In this document: positions 1 to 9,338 of the stretch, piece by piece
Numbering within the stretch: position 1 is the stretch's first letter
Layout of the letters: the number at the start of each line of letters is the position of its first letter
NCBI GenBank assembly: GCA_903856085.1
Contig: CAIOAT010000003.1
Location: 173-64,172, forward strand
Length of the DNA stretch: 64,000 nucleotides
Direction of reading: 5' to 3'
Origin: Candidatus Omnitrophota bacterium
Lineage (GTDB): Bacteria; Omnitrophota; Omnitrophia; Omnitrophales; Aquincolibacteriaceae
Program-made: the position numbers and the translations under genes
The notes under the pieces: model-generated
What the model was told of the DNA's origin: nothing
Seen by the model: only the letters and a program-made list of their open reading frames with translations
The model's database searches: none

Positions 1-2
1 TC

Positions 3-3000
3 ATCGCTCTTACGACAGCCTTCGTATTCCTCTGGTCCATGTGTATCACTCCCGTGATGGCTGAGACCATCAACCTTCAGGGGGGCAGTGTTGAAGTGAA
101 TGTCCAGGACAACACGACGAACTGGAACGTGACGGGGAATCCGGTGTGGAATATGCCTGAGTTTAATGTCGCGCAGGGGAGTATTTTTAACATTGCCGGT
201 CTCGGGGCGGGTTCCAGCCTGGCGCTTCTTGTAAACGGCGGTTCGGCGTCCAATATTTTCGGGACCATGAATTTATCCAATATCGCTTTTATTCTCCAGA
301 ACATTGCAGGGATCAATATTGGCTCAAGCGCCATGATTAATCTCTCGAATGCTTCTCTTATTGCTTCCACGTTACCGCTCAACTTGAGCATGACGGATTT
401 TCTCAAAGAGAATTACCAGTTCAGCGGTCAGGGCGGGTTCCTATCGAACGAAGGCCATATTCTCGGCGGCAAAGGAGATCTTGTCGCACTGATCGCCAAC
501 GCCATTGAGAACAAGGGAACGATCGAAGTGCCGATGGGCACCGTGGCCCTGGCTGCCGGGAAGACCGTGACGGTTGGTATTTCAGGGGATGGTCTGGTGT
601 CGATCGGTGTGGACGAAGCGACCGCCAATGCTTTGGGTCTTAAAGACCAGATCAAGAACACGGGGACAATCCAGGCCAACGGCGGTCACGTGATCCTTAA
701 CGCCAAGGCCGTGGATGGTCTTTTTGAAAAGGCGATCAATATTGCAAAAGGAAGCAATTCAGTCGCCGCGGTCATCGCCGATGACGGGAAGATTGAATTC
801 GTAGCCCAAGGCGATGTCACGAACACCGGAACTCTTCAGGCGAAACGCGGGAAAATCGAGATGGATGTGAAAGGTGATATCGAAACGATGGGAAATCTCG
901 AAGCTGCTTACTTCCGAGAAAAAGCCGCAGCTTTCCGCATCGGCGGCGATTATCACGTCGATCAATCGTTTCATGACAACCTCGATAATGCTCTTACGTA
1001 TGTTGCGAACGCGAATGTTCATGGCACGATCAATGACATCGCCAATATCATTGTCAATGCCGAAGTCACGCTGACGTTGGATGCCGATACGACGTTCAAT
1101 GCGGACAGTGACGCCAACGGTACCGGAGCATTCCTGATGGACGCCACTGCGACAATCTTGGGCAGTGGTTACAATCTCACCTTCACGGCGAGTGAAACCT
1201 CCACATTCGGAAAGATCAGTAACATTGGAAATTTGACACTGAATGCTCAAAAGGATGTGGCAACGTATCAGGTCCGAAATGCAGTGCAGATGAATGGGGA
1301 CCTGACCGTGAATGTTGGTGCGACCTTCACCGGCGGCTATGATGTCACTGTGAATGGTGGCGATGTGACAGGCGACGGAACGATCGACTTGAGCGGCGGA
1401 ACATTTATTTTAACTGGGACCGGAAATTTCGGAGGAAAAACAAATTGGTCTTTTGCTGCGCTTAGATTTGGTGATGGCACTACCGAAGGAATTACCAAAA
1501 AAAACGGCCCCAATAAAGTAACAATTTTGGATGGACTAGATATCAAAGAAAAACATGAGCTTCAAGCAGGAACAAGCACCTGGGACCTTTCCTGGGGAGG
1601 TGGGTATTTGACGGATGTGATCCAAATCACTGCCGGGACTAACCATGCTCTGGCCTTGCTCGCATCAGGGATCGTCAAGGCCTGGGGCAACAACGAGGCG
1701 AGTCAGCTTGGAGATGGAACGACTCAAAATCGTTCGTCACCTATTACAGTGCCGGGGCTTTCCGGCGTCAAAAGCGTTGCAGCGGGAGGTAATTCATCTT
1801 TTGCCATTAAGGCGAGCGATGGAAGCGTTTGGGCGTGGGGTTTTGGCAACTGGGGACAACTCGGAGACGGAACAGGCGCAGATCATTCAAGCCCCGTTCA
1901 AATACCGGGTCTCTCAGGCGTTGCCAGCATCTCGGCAAATCTTTACCACACGCTTGCCCTCATGGCCGATGGCACCGTGAAATCTTGGGGATATAACGGA
2001 AACGGGCAACTCGGGGATGGAACAAACGCCTTTATCCGTTATTCGCCTGTCACGGTTGTGGGTTTATCCGGAGTCACTGCCATTGCAGCAGGCTTCTTCC
2101 ACTCACTTGCCCTTTTGTCTAACGGGACGGTTAAAGCCTGGGGGGATAACACGTATGGCCAGCTCGGAAATGGGACCAATACGAGCTCATCAAGTCCCGT
2201 AACTGTAGATGGAATTTCCACCGCCACCCAAATCGCTGCGGGAGAATACCACTCTCTTGCTCTTTTGTCAGGTGGCACTGTGCAAGCCTGGGGCGCCAAC
2301 AATACAGGACAGCTCGGAGATGGAACTAATACAAACAGAACAACGCCGGTGACCGTGCTTGACCTTTCTGGAGTCACCCAAATCGCGGCCGGTTCAAATT
2401 TTAATATTGCGCGTCTATCGGACGGCACTCTAAAAAGTTGGGGGAGTAACTTTGATGGGCAACTCGGAGATGGTACGACCACGGCACGATCAACACCTGT
2501 CACGGTACCTGGAATCTCAGGAGTGATCGGAATTGCCACGGCCTCTCGCGGGGGAGCCTTTTCACTGGCGCTTTTACCTAATGGGACAGTCAAAGGATGG
2601 GGTATGAATAATTGGGGTCAAATCGGAAATAACAGTCCCGTTAGTTTTGTCACTTCACCGAAGACCTCAGTATCGGGTTTGGGCGGAATCCATTTGACGG
2701 ACATCTCTCAGATTGTGGCGGGGGATGGCCATGCCTTGGCTCTCAAAACCGATGGTTCGCGGGTTTACGCTTGGGGAGACGGAGGGTCGGGTCAATTGGG
2801 CTATGGTCTGACAGATACCGCATTGACAGCTGTCGAAGTGATGAATCCGGACGGGACAGGTCCGTTGACTGGGGTTAAAAAAATTGCGGCGGGATTTTAT
2901 CATTCTCTGGCACTTATGTTCGATGGCACCGTTGTGAGTTGGGGACGAAATGATCGAGGCCAACTCGGAGACGGGACAACATCTAGCCGCCTTTTGCCGG

Positions 3001-4835
3001 TCGCTGTCCTCGGCCTTACGGGAGTTCTCGATATAGCCGCTGGCGCTTGGCATTCTCTCGCTCTAGTTGATGATGGAACAGGGCACAAAACGGGGACTGT
3101 CTCAGCTTGGGGGATTTTTGACGGTACATCACCGGTTATCATAGGGGGACTTTCCAGTGTCACAAGCATTGCGGCCAGTTACATGCACTCGCTGGCCCTT
3201 TTATCCGACGGCACAGTCAAAGCTTGGGGTTATAACACATACGGGGAACTTGGAGACGGAACTACGATCTCTCGGTGGAGCCCCGTGACCGTATCGGGGC
3301 TTTCCAATGTTAAAAGCATTGCGGCCGGCATGGATCATTCCATGGCTATTTTGAACGACGGTACCGTAAAAACTTGGGGACATAATAATTACGGTCAACT
3401 CGGTGACGGTACCACCACGGACCGGTTAACGCCCGTGACTGTCACGGATCTTTCCGGCCTTTCCGTTAAAAGCATTGTGGGTGGAGTTGAATATACCTTA
3501 GCCTGCTTGGAAGATGGCACCGTTAAAAGTTGGGGAGGCAATTGGTACGGTCAATTGGGTGACGGAACGACCGCTACCCAAACCAGACCGGTCACAGACT
3601 CAGCGCTTTCGGGTGTGACGGCTCTCGCGGCCGGAAATGGTTACTCCTTTGGGGTCTCTTCTTCCGATGATGTTAAGGCTTGGGGATTCAACTACTACGG
3701 GGCTCTTGGTATTAATCGAACCTCATTTCAGGAAGTTACCCCCCAGTATGTCGTCACGCTGACGCGAGCCCCTTTTATTAGCGAGGGCACTTTCACAGCG
3801 CAGGATTCCACGTTTACTTATTCAGGGGGCTATGCCTTTGGCCGTGTTGTTACCACGGTGGTGGCCAATGTGGAATACCATGACCTCGTTTTGAAGTACA
3901 CTCTGAATAATTACGTTCTTCCGCTCGTGGACAAAACGTTATTAAACAATCCGTCCGAATCAGATTTTGATCCCTTAGTGACGGGGAAATTGACGTTTTT
4001 GGGTGAACATCAATCGGTGTCTGATATTGATGTAGCGGCTGCGAGGCAGGCGCTTGCGGATAAAGATGCATCAGCCCGAGCGTTTGAGGCGATGATGCAG
4101 GCACACATGGGGGATAGATCTTTGGCGCTTGATTTCTTTTCGCAATTTTTCAGTCCGGATCGGGCGATGAATTTCACGACGGATGTCAGAGTCCAGGAAG
4201 GCGCGGTGTATACGCTGGACGGTTTGAGCGAGATGTCACTTTTGACGCAGGGGGAATCCTTGCGCGTAGCTTTCAAGGAAAAGAAATCGGAATTGACCCG
4301 GATGGAACCAAAAGAACTGGAGACGAAGCCCCTTCAGCCGGTTTCCAACCCTGTGATTGTTACGGGAGATAACCCGTTAGAGCCGAGGGATCTGTTGTCC
4401 GGACAGTCCAAGGCGGCCACGCCTGTAGTGATGCGAGATGATGAAACCGCCGGGCGTTACGGGACATTGAAGAATCCCGGAAAAGACGTGTTTGTAAAAT
4501 GTGCGGGAGGGGAATGGCAGGCCGCGAAGGACGGCATGGTAATTATGCCGGGCGATGTAGTGAAGACCGCCTCAGCTGGTTCCGTGGAAGTGATGCTGGA
4601 TGGCGGTAAGGTCGGGCACGTGGAGGTTAAGGCTGGGAGTTTATTCCGTATCAACAAAGCTGAGACGAATCCCGCGACGGGGGAGAAGACAACGCTTTTG
4701 GAATTAGCCGTCGGGAAATTGATCGCCCATGTCGAAAAACTTCAGGGCAATTCCAAGTTCGAGGTTCGCACTCCGACCGCACTCACCGGCGTCCGTGGCA
4801 CTGTTTTCGAAGTGGTGGTTAAAGAAAAAGCCTAA
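3..4835 (+). CDS. Giant secreted adhesin-like protein: signal peptide, filamentous-haemagglutinin/TPS N-terminal domain, beta-helix, 14 RCC1 repeats, FecR-like C-terminus (5' end lies outside the window)
   Basis: Frame is open from base 3 (IALTTAFVFLWSMCITPVMA, signal-like), so the real start is upstream. Haemagglutinin-type motifs (ASNIFGTM, VALIANAIENKGTIEVPMGTVALAAG); RCC1 repeats HSLALxxDGTVxxWGxNxxGQLGDG; C-terminal FEVRTPTALTGVRGTVF (FecR). Confidence 0.85.
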   Translation: MALTTAFVFLWSMCITPVMAETINLQGGSVEVNVQDNTTNWNVTGNPVWNMPEFNVAQGSIFNIAGLGAGSSLALLVNGGSASNIFGTMNLSNIAFILQNIAGINIGSSAMINLSNASLIASTLPLNLSMTDFLKENYQFSGQGGFLSNEGHILGGKGDLVALIANAIENKGTIEVPMGTVALAAGKTVTVGISGDGLVSIGVDEATANALGLKDQIKNTGTIQANGGHVILNAKAVDGLFEKAINIAKGSNSVAAVIADDGKIEFVAQGDVTNTGTLQAKRGKIEMDVKGDIETMGNLEAAYFREKAAAFRIGGDYHVDQSFHDNLDNALTYVANANVHGTINDIANIIVNAEVTLTLDADTTFNADSDANGTGAFLMDATATILGSGYNLTFTASETSTFGKISNIGNLTLNAQKDVATYQVRNAVQMNGDLTVNVGATFTGGYDVTVNGGDVTGDGTIDLSGGTFILTGTGNFGGKTNWSFAALRFGDGTTEGITKKNGPNKVTILDGLDIKEKHELQAGTSTWDLSWGGGYLTDVIQITAGTNHALALLASGIVKAWGNNEASQLGDGTTQNRSSPITVPGLSGVKSVAAGGNSSFAIKASDGSVWAWGFGNWGQLGDGTGADHSSPVQIPGLSGVASISANLYHTLALMADGTVKSWGYNGNGQLGDGTNAFIRYSPVTVVGLSGVTAIAAGFFHSLALLSNGTVKAWGDNTYGQLGNGTNTSSSSPVTVDGISTATQIAAGEYHSLALLSGGTVQAWGANNTGQLGDGTNTNRTTPVTVLDLSGVTQIAAGSNFNIARLSDGTLKSWGSNFDGQLGDGTTTARSTPVTVPGISGVIGIATASRGGAFSLALLPNGTVKGWGMNNWGQIGNNSPVSFVTSPKTSVSGLGGIHLTDISQIVAGDGHALALKTDGSRVYAWGDGGSGQLGYGLTDTALTAVEVMNPDGTGPLTGVKKIAAGFYHSLALMFDGTVVSWGRNDRGQLGDGTTSSRLLPVAVLGLTGVLDIAAGAWHSLALVDDGTGHKTGTVSAWGIFDGTSPVIIGGLSSVTSIAASYMHSLALLSDGTVKAWGYNTYGELGDGTTISRWSPVTVSGLSNVKSIAAGMDHSMAILNDGTVKTWGHNNYGQLGDGTTTDRLTPVTVTDLSGLSVKSIVGGVEYTLACLEDGTVKSWGGNWYGQLGDGTTATQTRPVTDSALSGVTALAAGNGYSFGVSSSDDVKAWGFNYYGALGINRTSFQEVTPQYVVTLTRAPFISEGTFTAQDSTFTYSGGYAFGRVVTTVVANVEYHDLVLKYTLNNYVLPLVDKTLLNNPSESDFDPLVTGKLTFLGEHQSVSDIDVAAARQALADKDASARAFEAMMQAHMGDRSLALDFFSQFFSPDRAMNFTTDVRVQEGAVYTLDGLSEMSLLTQGESLRVAFKEKKSELTRMEPKELETKPLQPVSNPVIVTGDNPLEPRDLLSGQSKAATPVVMRDDETAGRYGTLKNPGKDVFVKCAGGEWQAAKDGMVIMPGDVVKTASAGSVEVMLDGGKVGHVEVKAGSLFRINKAETNPATGEKTTLLELAVGKLIAHVEKLQGNSKFEVRTPTALTGVRGTVFEVVVKEKA
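1605..3745 (+). repeat. 14 tandem RCC1 (beta-propeller blade) repeats inside the giant protein, enough for two 7-bladed propellers
   Basis: 14 copies of a ~50 aa unit with a WG..GQLG core (one degenerate); each set of seven starts with a similar segment (GGGYLTDVIQITAG / GGIHLTDISQIVAG). Boundaries approximate. Confidence 0.85.
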
Positions 4836-4988
4836 AACCGGGTAACGGGCAACGTTAGGCGCCAAAGCCTTTTTGTTGTTTTGCGTTTCCCGATTACCGT
4901 GTCAAAGTTCTTAAGTCCCCATGGTTTTCCACCGATATTAAGAGTACACGGCCCTTGTCTTGGATTCTAATTTTTAGATGGAAGGGCT

Positions 4989-5028
4989 GCCCCAATTTCA
5001 TTTTTAATGAAATTGATAGGAATTGGGA
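4989..5028 (+). repeat. Dispersed intergenic palindrome, family 1 (GCCCCAAT-hairpin-ATTGGGA)
   Basis: GCCCCAATTTCATTTTTAATGAAATTGATAGGAATTGGGA; perfect 10 bp stem CAATTTCATT/AATGAAATTG; homologous to 16665-16706 and 34123-34165. Confidence 0.75.
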
Positions 5029-5075
5029 TTGAAGTTGAAGCTGAGGTGTGCTTTTAACCTCGAGGGTCGGAAGCT

Positions 5076-5339
5076 ATGGTAACTTTCCGGTCAATTCTTT
5101 CTCAGTGGATATTTACGGTAGCGATCTTTTGCGTCAGTTTTACTTCCTTGGGGGCTGCTTTTGCTCCTCTTAGTCCCTCTTTCTCAGGGTCTCTCGATTC
5201 GATGCGTTTGAGTTTTTCCATGGAGTTGAGGATCGTTTCGGGTCCAGGGGAGACCCAGTCTCCTTCTCGCCGCGACTCGGTTTTAAGTCGCTTGGAAGAA
5301 CGGATCCTGACTCATCGCGCAATCTCTGTTTCCGCTTAA
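5076..5339 (+). CDS. Small hypothetical protein with predicted signal peptide or TM segment
   Basis: 87 aa ORF with hydrophobic N-terminus; no recognised family. Confidence 0.4.
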   Translation: MVTFRSILSQWIFTVAIFCVSFTSLGAAFAPLSPSFSGSLDSMRLSFSMELRIVSGPGETQSPSRRDSVLSRLEERILTHRAISVSA

Positions 5340-5420
5340 GATTCGCTGGAATTTTCCTCAAAAAAAGTCATAATGACTGCCCAAGCCCACGTTTCTTTTT
5401 TTAGAGGGCGACTTGGGCTG

Positions 5421-5460
5421 TTCCACTGCTCATCAATCTCAGCAAAGTTGAAATTCGGTC
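5421..5460 (-). repeat. Degenerate inverted copy of repeat family 1
   Basis: Reverse complement GACCGAATTTCAACTTTGCTGAGATTGATGAGCAGTGGAA matches the 34124 copy at 31 of 40 positions by hand alignment. Confidence 0.6.
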
Positions 5461-5545
5461 AGTCCAAACTATGATTTGGAAAAGAAACAAAAAGTTCGGG
5501 CTGTCATAGTTACCCTTTTTCAAAATGAAAGAGAATAATAACGCT

Positions 5546-6868
5546 ATGTCTTATCGATTTGTTTGCAATCACTGCGGAAAAAAATTTGAACTCGAGAGCC
5601 CCGAGGCTAAGGAGTGTCCTTCCTGTTTTTGGAGTTCGTCCGTTAAAAGGGAGGACGAGTTAGCTTCTGAGAAAAAGGGCTTTTCCCGTTCTTCCAAAGA
5701 GGTCGCCTCAAAGCCAGGCCATAAAGTTTTTTTTGGGAATATAAAATATCTCTTCCGCGCATTGCTCTTCATCGTCCTTCTCGCTGCGGCCGGATTTTTA
5801 GCTTATAAAGCTTACAAGCTAGTCACCTCGTCTTCTCCTCAAAGTTGGAAAACCTTTTTGATCAAGCCGCAAAGGGATGACAAACAAGCCGAGGCTGTGG
5901 CGGCGGATCCTTCGGCGTTGCTTTCGCCGCAGGAAAAAGAGATGCTCTCCCGTGAAGTGACGATCCCAGTGGATCGCGCGCCCGATCCTGGCGAGCAAGA
6001 GATCCTTGGCCGGTCCATTCCTTTTCAAACGGGATGGACCGAAAAATTGCCTTCCGCGGTGTGGACGCTTGAACAATATCAAAAAATGATCGCGGATCAG
6101 GAATCCTTCTATAAAATGCCTTTCGCGAGGAGCTATAAGAAAAAACTCGAGGAATTATTTAAGAAAAAATATCTCGTGGCTGCGGACGCGTTCGTGAAAG
6201 GGGATGTGCTGGCGGCCCGGAATTTCTGGGTGGAATCCTTGGCGTTCCCGCTCTATTCCACGGACCTGAAAAAGCATCGTGCGGTCGCGCTTACCATGCT
6301 CCGGCCTTTCATCAATGACACCCTTTCAAAAGTGAGCGCTATGAACCAAAGCCTCCTGGACAGGGGGAAGAAGTCTAGGGAACAAGCTTTAAGCGTAGAA
6401 TATCAGAAACTCATCGGGCTGATCGCCCGAAAGCAATGGCAGGAGGCTTTGACGGTGATCGTTCAAATGATCTCGGAGACCGAGCTGCTGCGCAAGAACG
6501 CGATGCCTCAAGAAGCGCCGCCGCCTTATCCGGCTGCTTTCGGAACGATCGACTCAGATCTTCAGCGGCCGCTGATGGATTTGATGTCGCCGAGTCCTTC
6601 CTCAACGGCCGATCTTCAGCCTCTACAGCAGGACTTGGTCGAGAAGAAAGAAGTGATTGAGACTTTCACGGAGGCCTATTTGAAGAGTGCTAGGGAGGCT
6701 TATCAGTCGGCTCTGGAACTGATCCGTGATAAGAAGTGGCCGGAAGCGGCCCAGGCATTGGGATCCATTCAGGGACCGCAAGCGCTGCAGCAGGACGCGG
6801 CAGGGAAGATCGCCATTCTTGGAAAAATAACAGGGCGAACGCTTGATTCGTCCGGGAAAACCAGCTAA
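5546..6868 (+). CDS. Hypothetical membrane protein: N-terminal zinc ribbon, one TM helix, helical domain
   Basis: YRFVCNHCGKKFE...ECPSC (two CxxC); TM segment ALLFIVLLAAAGFLAY. Start placed at ATG 5546 (track gives 5525). Confidence 0.75.
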   Translation: MSYRFVCNHCGKKFELESPEAKECPSCFWSSSVKREDELASEKKGFSRSSKEVASKPGHKVFFGNIKYLFRALLFIVLLAAAGFLAYKAYKLVTSSSPQSWKTFLIKPQRDDKQAEAVAADPSALLSPQEKEMLSREVTIPVDRAPDPGEQEILGRSIPFQTGWTEKLPSAVWTLEQYQKMIADQESFYKMPFARSYKKKLEELFKKKYLVAADAFVKGDVLAARNFWVESLAFPLYSTDLKKHRAVALTMLRPFINDTLSKVSAMNQSLLDRGKKSREQALSVEYQKLIGLIARKQWQEALTVIVQMISETELLRKNAMPQEAPPPYPAAFGTIDSDLQRPLMDLMSPSPSSTADLQPLQQDLVEKKEVIETFTEAYLKSAREAYQSALELIRDKKWPEAAQALGSIQGPQALQQDAAGKIAILGKITGRTLDSSGKTS

Positions 6869-6886
6869 GCTTCTGAAGAAGAGTGT

Positions 6887-7288
6887 ATGAGCCAGGTCGC
6901 GCTAGGTTTAGGGGCTATAAAAACGCGGCGAAGTGTTTTTGCTCTTGTGGTGGATATGGTTGCGGCAACTCAGATTGTTAAATGTGCGGCCGGACTTCAT
7001 ATCGGAGTAAGGAATTTTGATAGCGCGGAGAAACTGGTCGCGCAGGCCGCGATCGAGCGGCCGTTTCTCGTGATCCTCGACTTTGAAAAACGCGAGGCTG
7101 AGGCGTTTCGGGTGCTTAACGAATTGCATAAAAATGCCGATTTAAAGAATACCCCTGCGGTGGGATTTGTGACGCAGGCCAATGTGATGGTAAAACCGGA
7201 GGCCGAGAAGGCGGGTTGCTTCCGGGTCTATATGAAAACAGAGTTTGGCAGGGAACTGCCGGACCTGATCGCGAGGTATGCGGTATGA
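6887..7288 (+). CDS. Atypical single-domain response-regulator (CheY-like) protein
   Basis: RPFLVILDFE (phosphoacceptor-like Asp), LHKNADLKNTPAVGF, AEKAGC; acidic pocket degenerate. Confidence 0.6.
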   Translation: MSQVALGLGAIKTRRSVFALVVDMVAATQIVKCAAGLHIGVRNFDSAEKLVAQAAIERPFLVILDFEKREAEAFRVLNELHKNADLKNTPAVGFVTQANVMVKPEAEKAGCFRVYMKTEFGRELPDLIARYAV

Positions 7289-7584
7289 TCCTGCATGTGG
7301 GACATGATCTTCCTGTGAAAGAAGTGAGAACTCTGGACTGCGAGTCTCCGGGTTTCACATCGGAAGAGACGCGCATTATCAAGAGCCAGATCCGCAAGAA
7401 TATGGCGGTGATCGATCTTCACATCCGTCGGATCGATCTTTTTGTGAACCATGAACGTCACGCGTCACGCGCGGGCCTGATCGCGCAATTGCACGAACGT
7501 CTTCTTGTTTTGATGGAAGAGAACGATACTTTTCGAAAAGTCTTGTGGAAACAATACCAAAACCTGGGAGAGAATCTAACATGA
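7285..7584 (+). CDS. Hypothetical helical/coiled-coil protein
   Basis: ATGA overlaps with both neighbours (7285-7288 and 7581-7584) imply translational coupling; 99 aa. Confidence 0.65.
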   Translation: MILHVGHDLPVKEVRTLDCESPGFTSEETRIIKSQIRKNMAVIDLHIRRIDLFVNHERHASRAGLIAQLHERLLVLMEENDTFRKVLWKQYQNLGENLT

Positions 7585-8843
7585 GCCGACGCGTTACGAC
7601 CCTGATCCTTGGCGGTGGACAGGGGAAGAGACTCTTCCCGCTTACGAGTTATCGTTCCAAGCCCGCTGTTCCGATCGGCGGCAAATACCGTCTGGTCGAT
7701 ATTCCGATCTCCAATGCCATCAATTCGGCTCTCCGGCGTATCTTTGTTCTAACGCAGTTTAATTCGGCTTCGCTCCACCGCCATATCCACCGGACTTATC
7801 CGTATGAGGCGTTCACAAAAACGAGCGTGGAACTTCTCGCGGCCGAGCAGACGACTGAGAACACGGACTGGTTCCAGGGGACCGCCGACGCGGTCCGGAA
7901 ATGCATGCCGCATTATCGCGCGGACGCCACGGATGTTTTCCTGATTCTTTCCGGGGATCATCTTTACCGGATGAACTATCGTGAGATCTTGGGGTTCCAT
8001 GAGATGCAACGAGCAGATGTGACAGTTGCAACGGTTCCGGTCCCGGAGCGGCTCGTCAAGGGGTTCGGTGTCATGAAGCTCCAAAGAGATGGTCAGATCA
8101 CCGATTTTCTTGAAAAACCCACCAAGAATGATGATGTGGAATCCTACGCTATGCCCAAACCCCTTTGCGATCTTCATCGTGTGAAGGCCAAGGGCCCTAT
8201 GTATCTCGCATCGATGGGAATCTATGTTTTCAACCGCGATGTGCTTTTGGACGTGCTCTCCGGGAGCGAAAAAGATTTTGGTAGAGAGATTATCCCTAAG
8301 GCAATCAAGAACTACAAGGTCTTTGGCCACGTCTTCACGGGGTATTGGCGCGACATCGGGACGATCGGGAGTTTTTATGAGGCGAGTCTCGAACTCACGA
8401 ACGCGAACCCGCCGTTCAGTTTTCTTTCTCCGGAAGGGCGCATCTTTACCCGCCCCAGGTTCCTGCCGCCTTCCAAGATCCTCGGGACAGAACTGGATCA
8501 TGTCGTGATGTCCGAAGGTTGCATCTTGACGGGCGCTAAGATCCATCAATCGGTTGTGGGGCTGCGTTCGGTCGTAGGGTCAGGGACCGTGGTCCGCAAA
8601 AGTGTTCTGATGGGAAATGACTACTATGAGTGGCCGGACCCGTCTCAAGATTACCGGATCGGGGTTGGCAAGAACTGCGTGATCGAGAATTGCATTATCG
8701 ATAAAAATGTGTCGATCGGAGATGGCGTGAGCATCACGAACGCCAAAGCGATCGATGAGAAGGACGGCGATCATTATTACATCCGCGATGGGATCGTGAT
8801 CATTCCGAAGGGTGTTCACATTCCCTCTGGCACGAAGATCTAG
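7581..8843 (+). CDS. glgC: Glucose-1-phosphate adenylyltransferase (ADP-glucose pyrophosphorylase)
   Basis: ILGGGQGKRLFPLT, KPAVPIGGKYRLVDIPISN, WFQGTADAV, LSGDHLY, ASMGIY, YWRDIGT. Confidence 0.96.
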   Translation: MSRRVTTLILGGGQGKRLFPLTSYRSKPAVPIGGKYRLVDIPISNAINSALRRIFVLTQFNSASLHRHIHRTYPYEAFTKTSVELLAAEQTTENTDWFQGTADAVRKCMPHYRADATDVFLILSGDHLYRMNYREILGFHEMQRADVTVATVPVPERLVKGFGVMKLQRDGQITDFLEKPTKNDDVESYAMPKPLCDLHRVKAKGPMYLASMGIYVFNRDVLLDVLSGSEKDFGREIIPKAIKNYKVFGHVFTGYWRDIGTIGSFYEASLELTNANPPFSFLSPEGRIFTRPRFLPPSKILGTELDHVVMSEGCILTGAKIHQSVVGLRSVVGSGTVVRKSVLMGNDYYEWPDPSQDYRIGVGKNCVIENCIIDKNVSIGDGVSITNAKAIDEKDGDHYYIRDGIVIIPKGVHIPSGTKI

Positions 8844-8880
8844 CCCGGCCTTTTTTGAAAAATGAGTAGGTCGGTTGGGA

Positions 8881-8918
8881 CACTACGCCGAATGCTTGAA
8901 ATCAATTTAAACGCAGTG
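8881..8918 (+). repeat. Degenerate copy of repeat family 2 (type B unit)
   Basis: CACTACG...AAATCAAT...CGCAGTG followed by CTCG; similar to 37036-37070. Confidence 0.45.
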
Positions 8919-8985
8919 CTCGATTAAAAAAGGAAGTTGTTTGACCGAAGCGCATGCGAAAGCATGTTTTAACGCAGTGAAAATT

Positions 8986-9291
8986 ATGAGCACTAACCTA
9001 TTTAAAAAGCCGATAAGTTTTTATCTTTTTTGCCTCGTTTTTTTTCTCTCCCTTTTTCCCGTTGCATTCGCCCTGCAAAAGGTCGGGTCCGACGACCGCG
9101 GGCAAGAAGCTTCTGCGTCGCAGGCTCAAGCTACGATGGCCTCTCTTTTTGGACGTGGAGCGAAAATGCCGGTTATCCCGCAGATGCGCGGGACGATAGC
9201 GCTACCTTCTTTTGATAGTTCGAAAATGAAGGTCGATGAAGGGTCGTTGAATGCAGCTCAACGAAGGGAACATTCCTCGGGGAACGGGTAG
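8986..9291 (+). CDS. Small hypothetical exported protein
   Basis: Signal-like KKPISFYLFCLVFFLSLFPVAFA; start placed at ATG 8986. Confidence 0.55.
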   Translation: MSTNLFKKPISFYLFCLVFFLSLFPVAFALQKVGSDDRGQEASASQAQATMASLFGRGAKMPVIPQMRGTIALPSFDSSKMKVDEGSLNAAQRREHSSGNG

Positions 9292-9338
9292 CGGTAGGTT
9301 TTTTCGTTCTGCATTTCCCGGGATCTCGCTTCGGAAAA

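Noticed and set aside
1605-3745. Diversity-generating retroelement or DNA-level tandem repeat in the RCC1 region
   Set aside because: The repeats are diverged protein repeats; no adenine-specific TR/VR pair or reverse transcriptase is visible.
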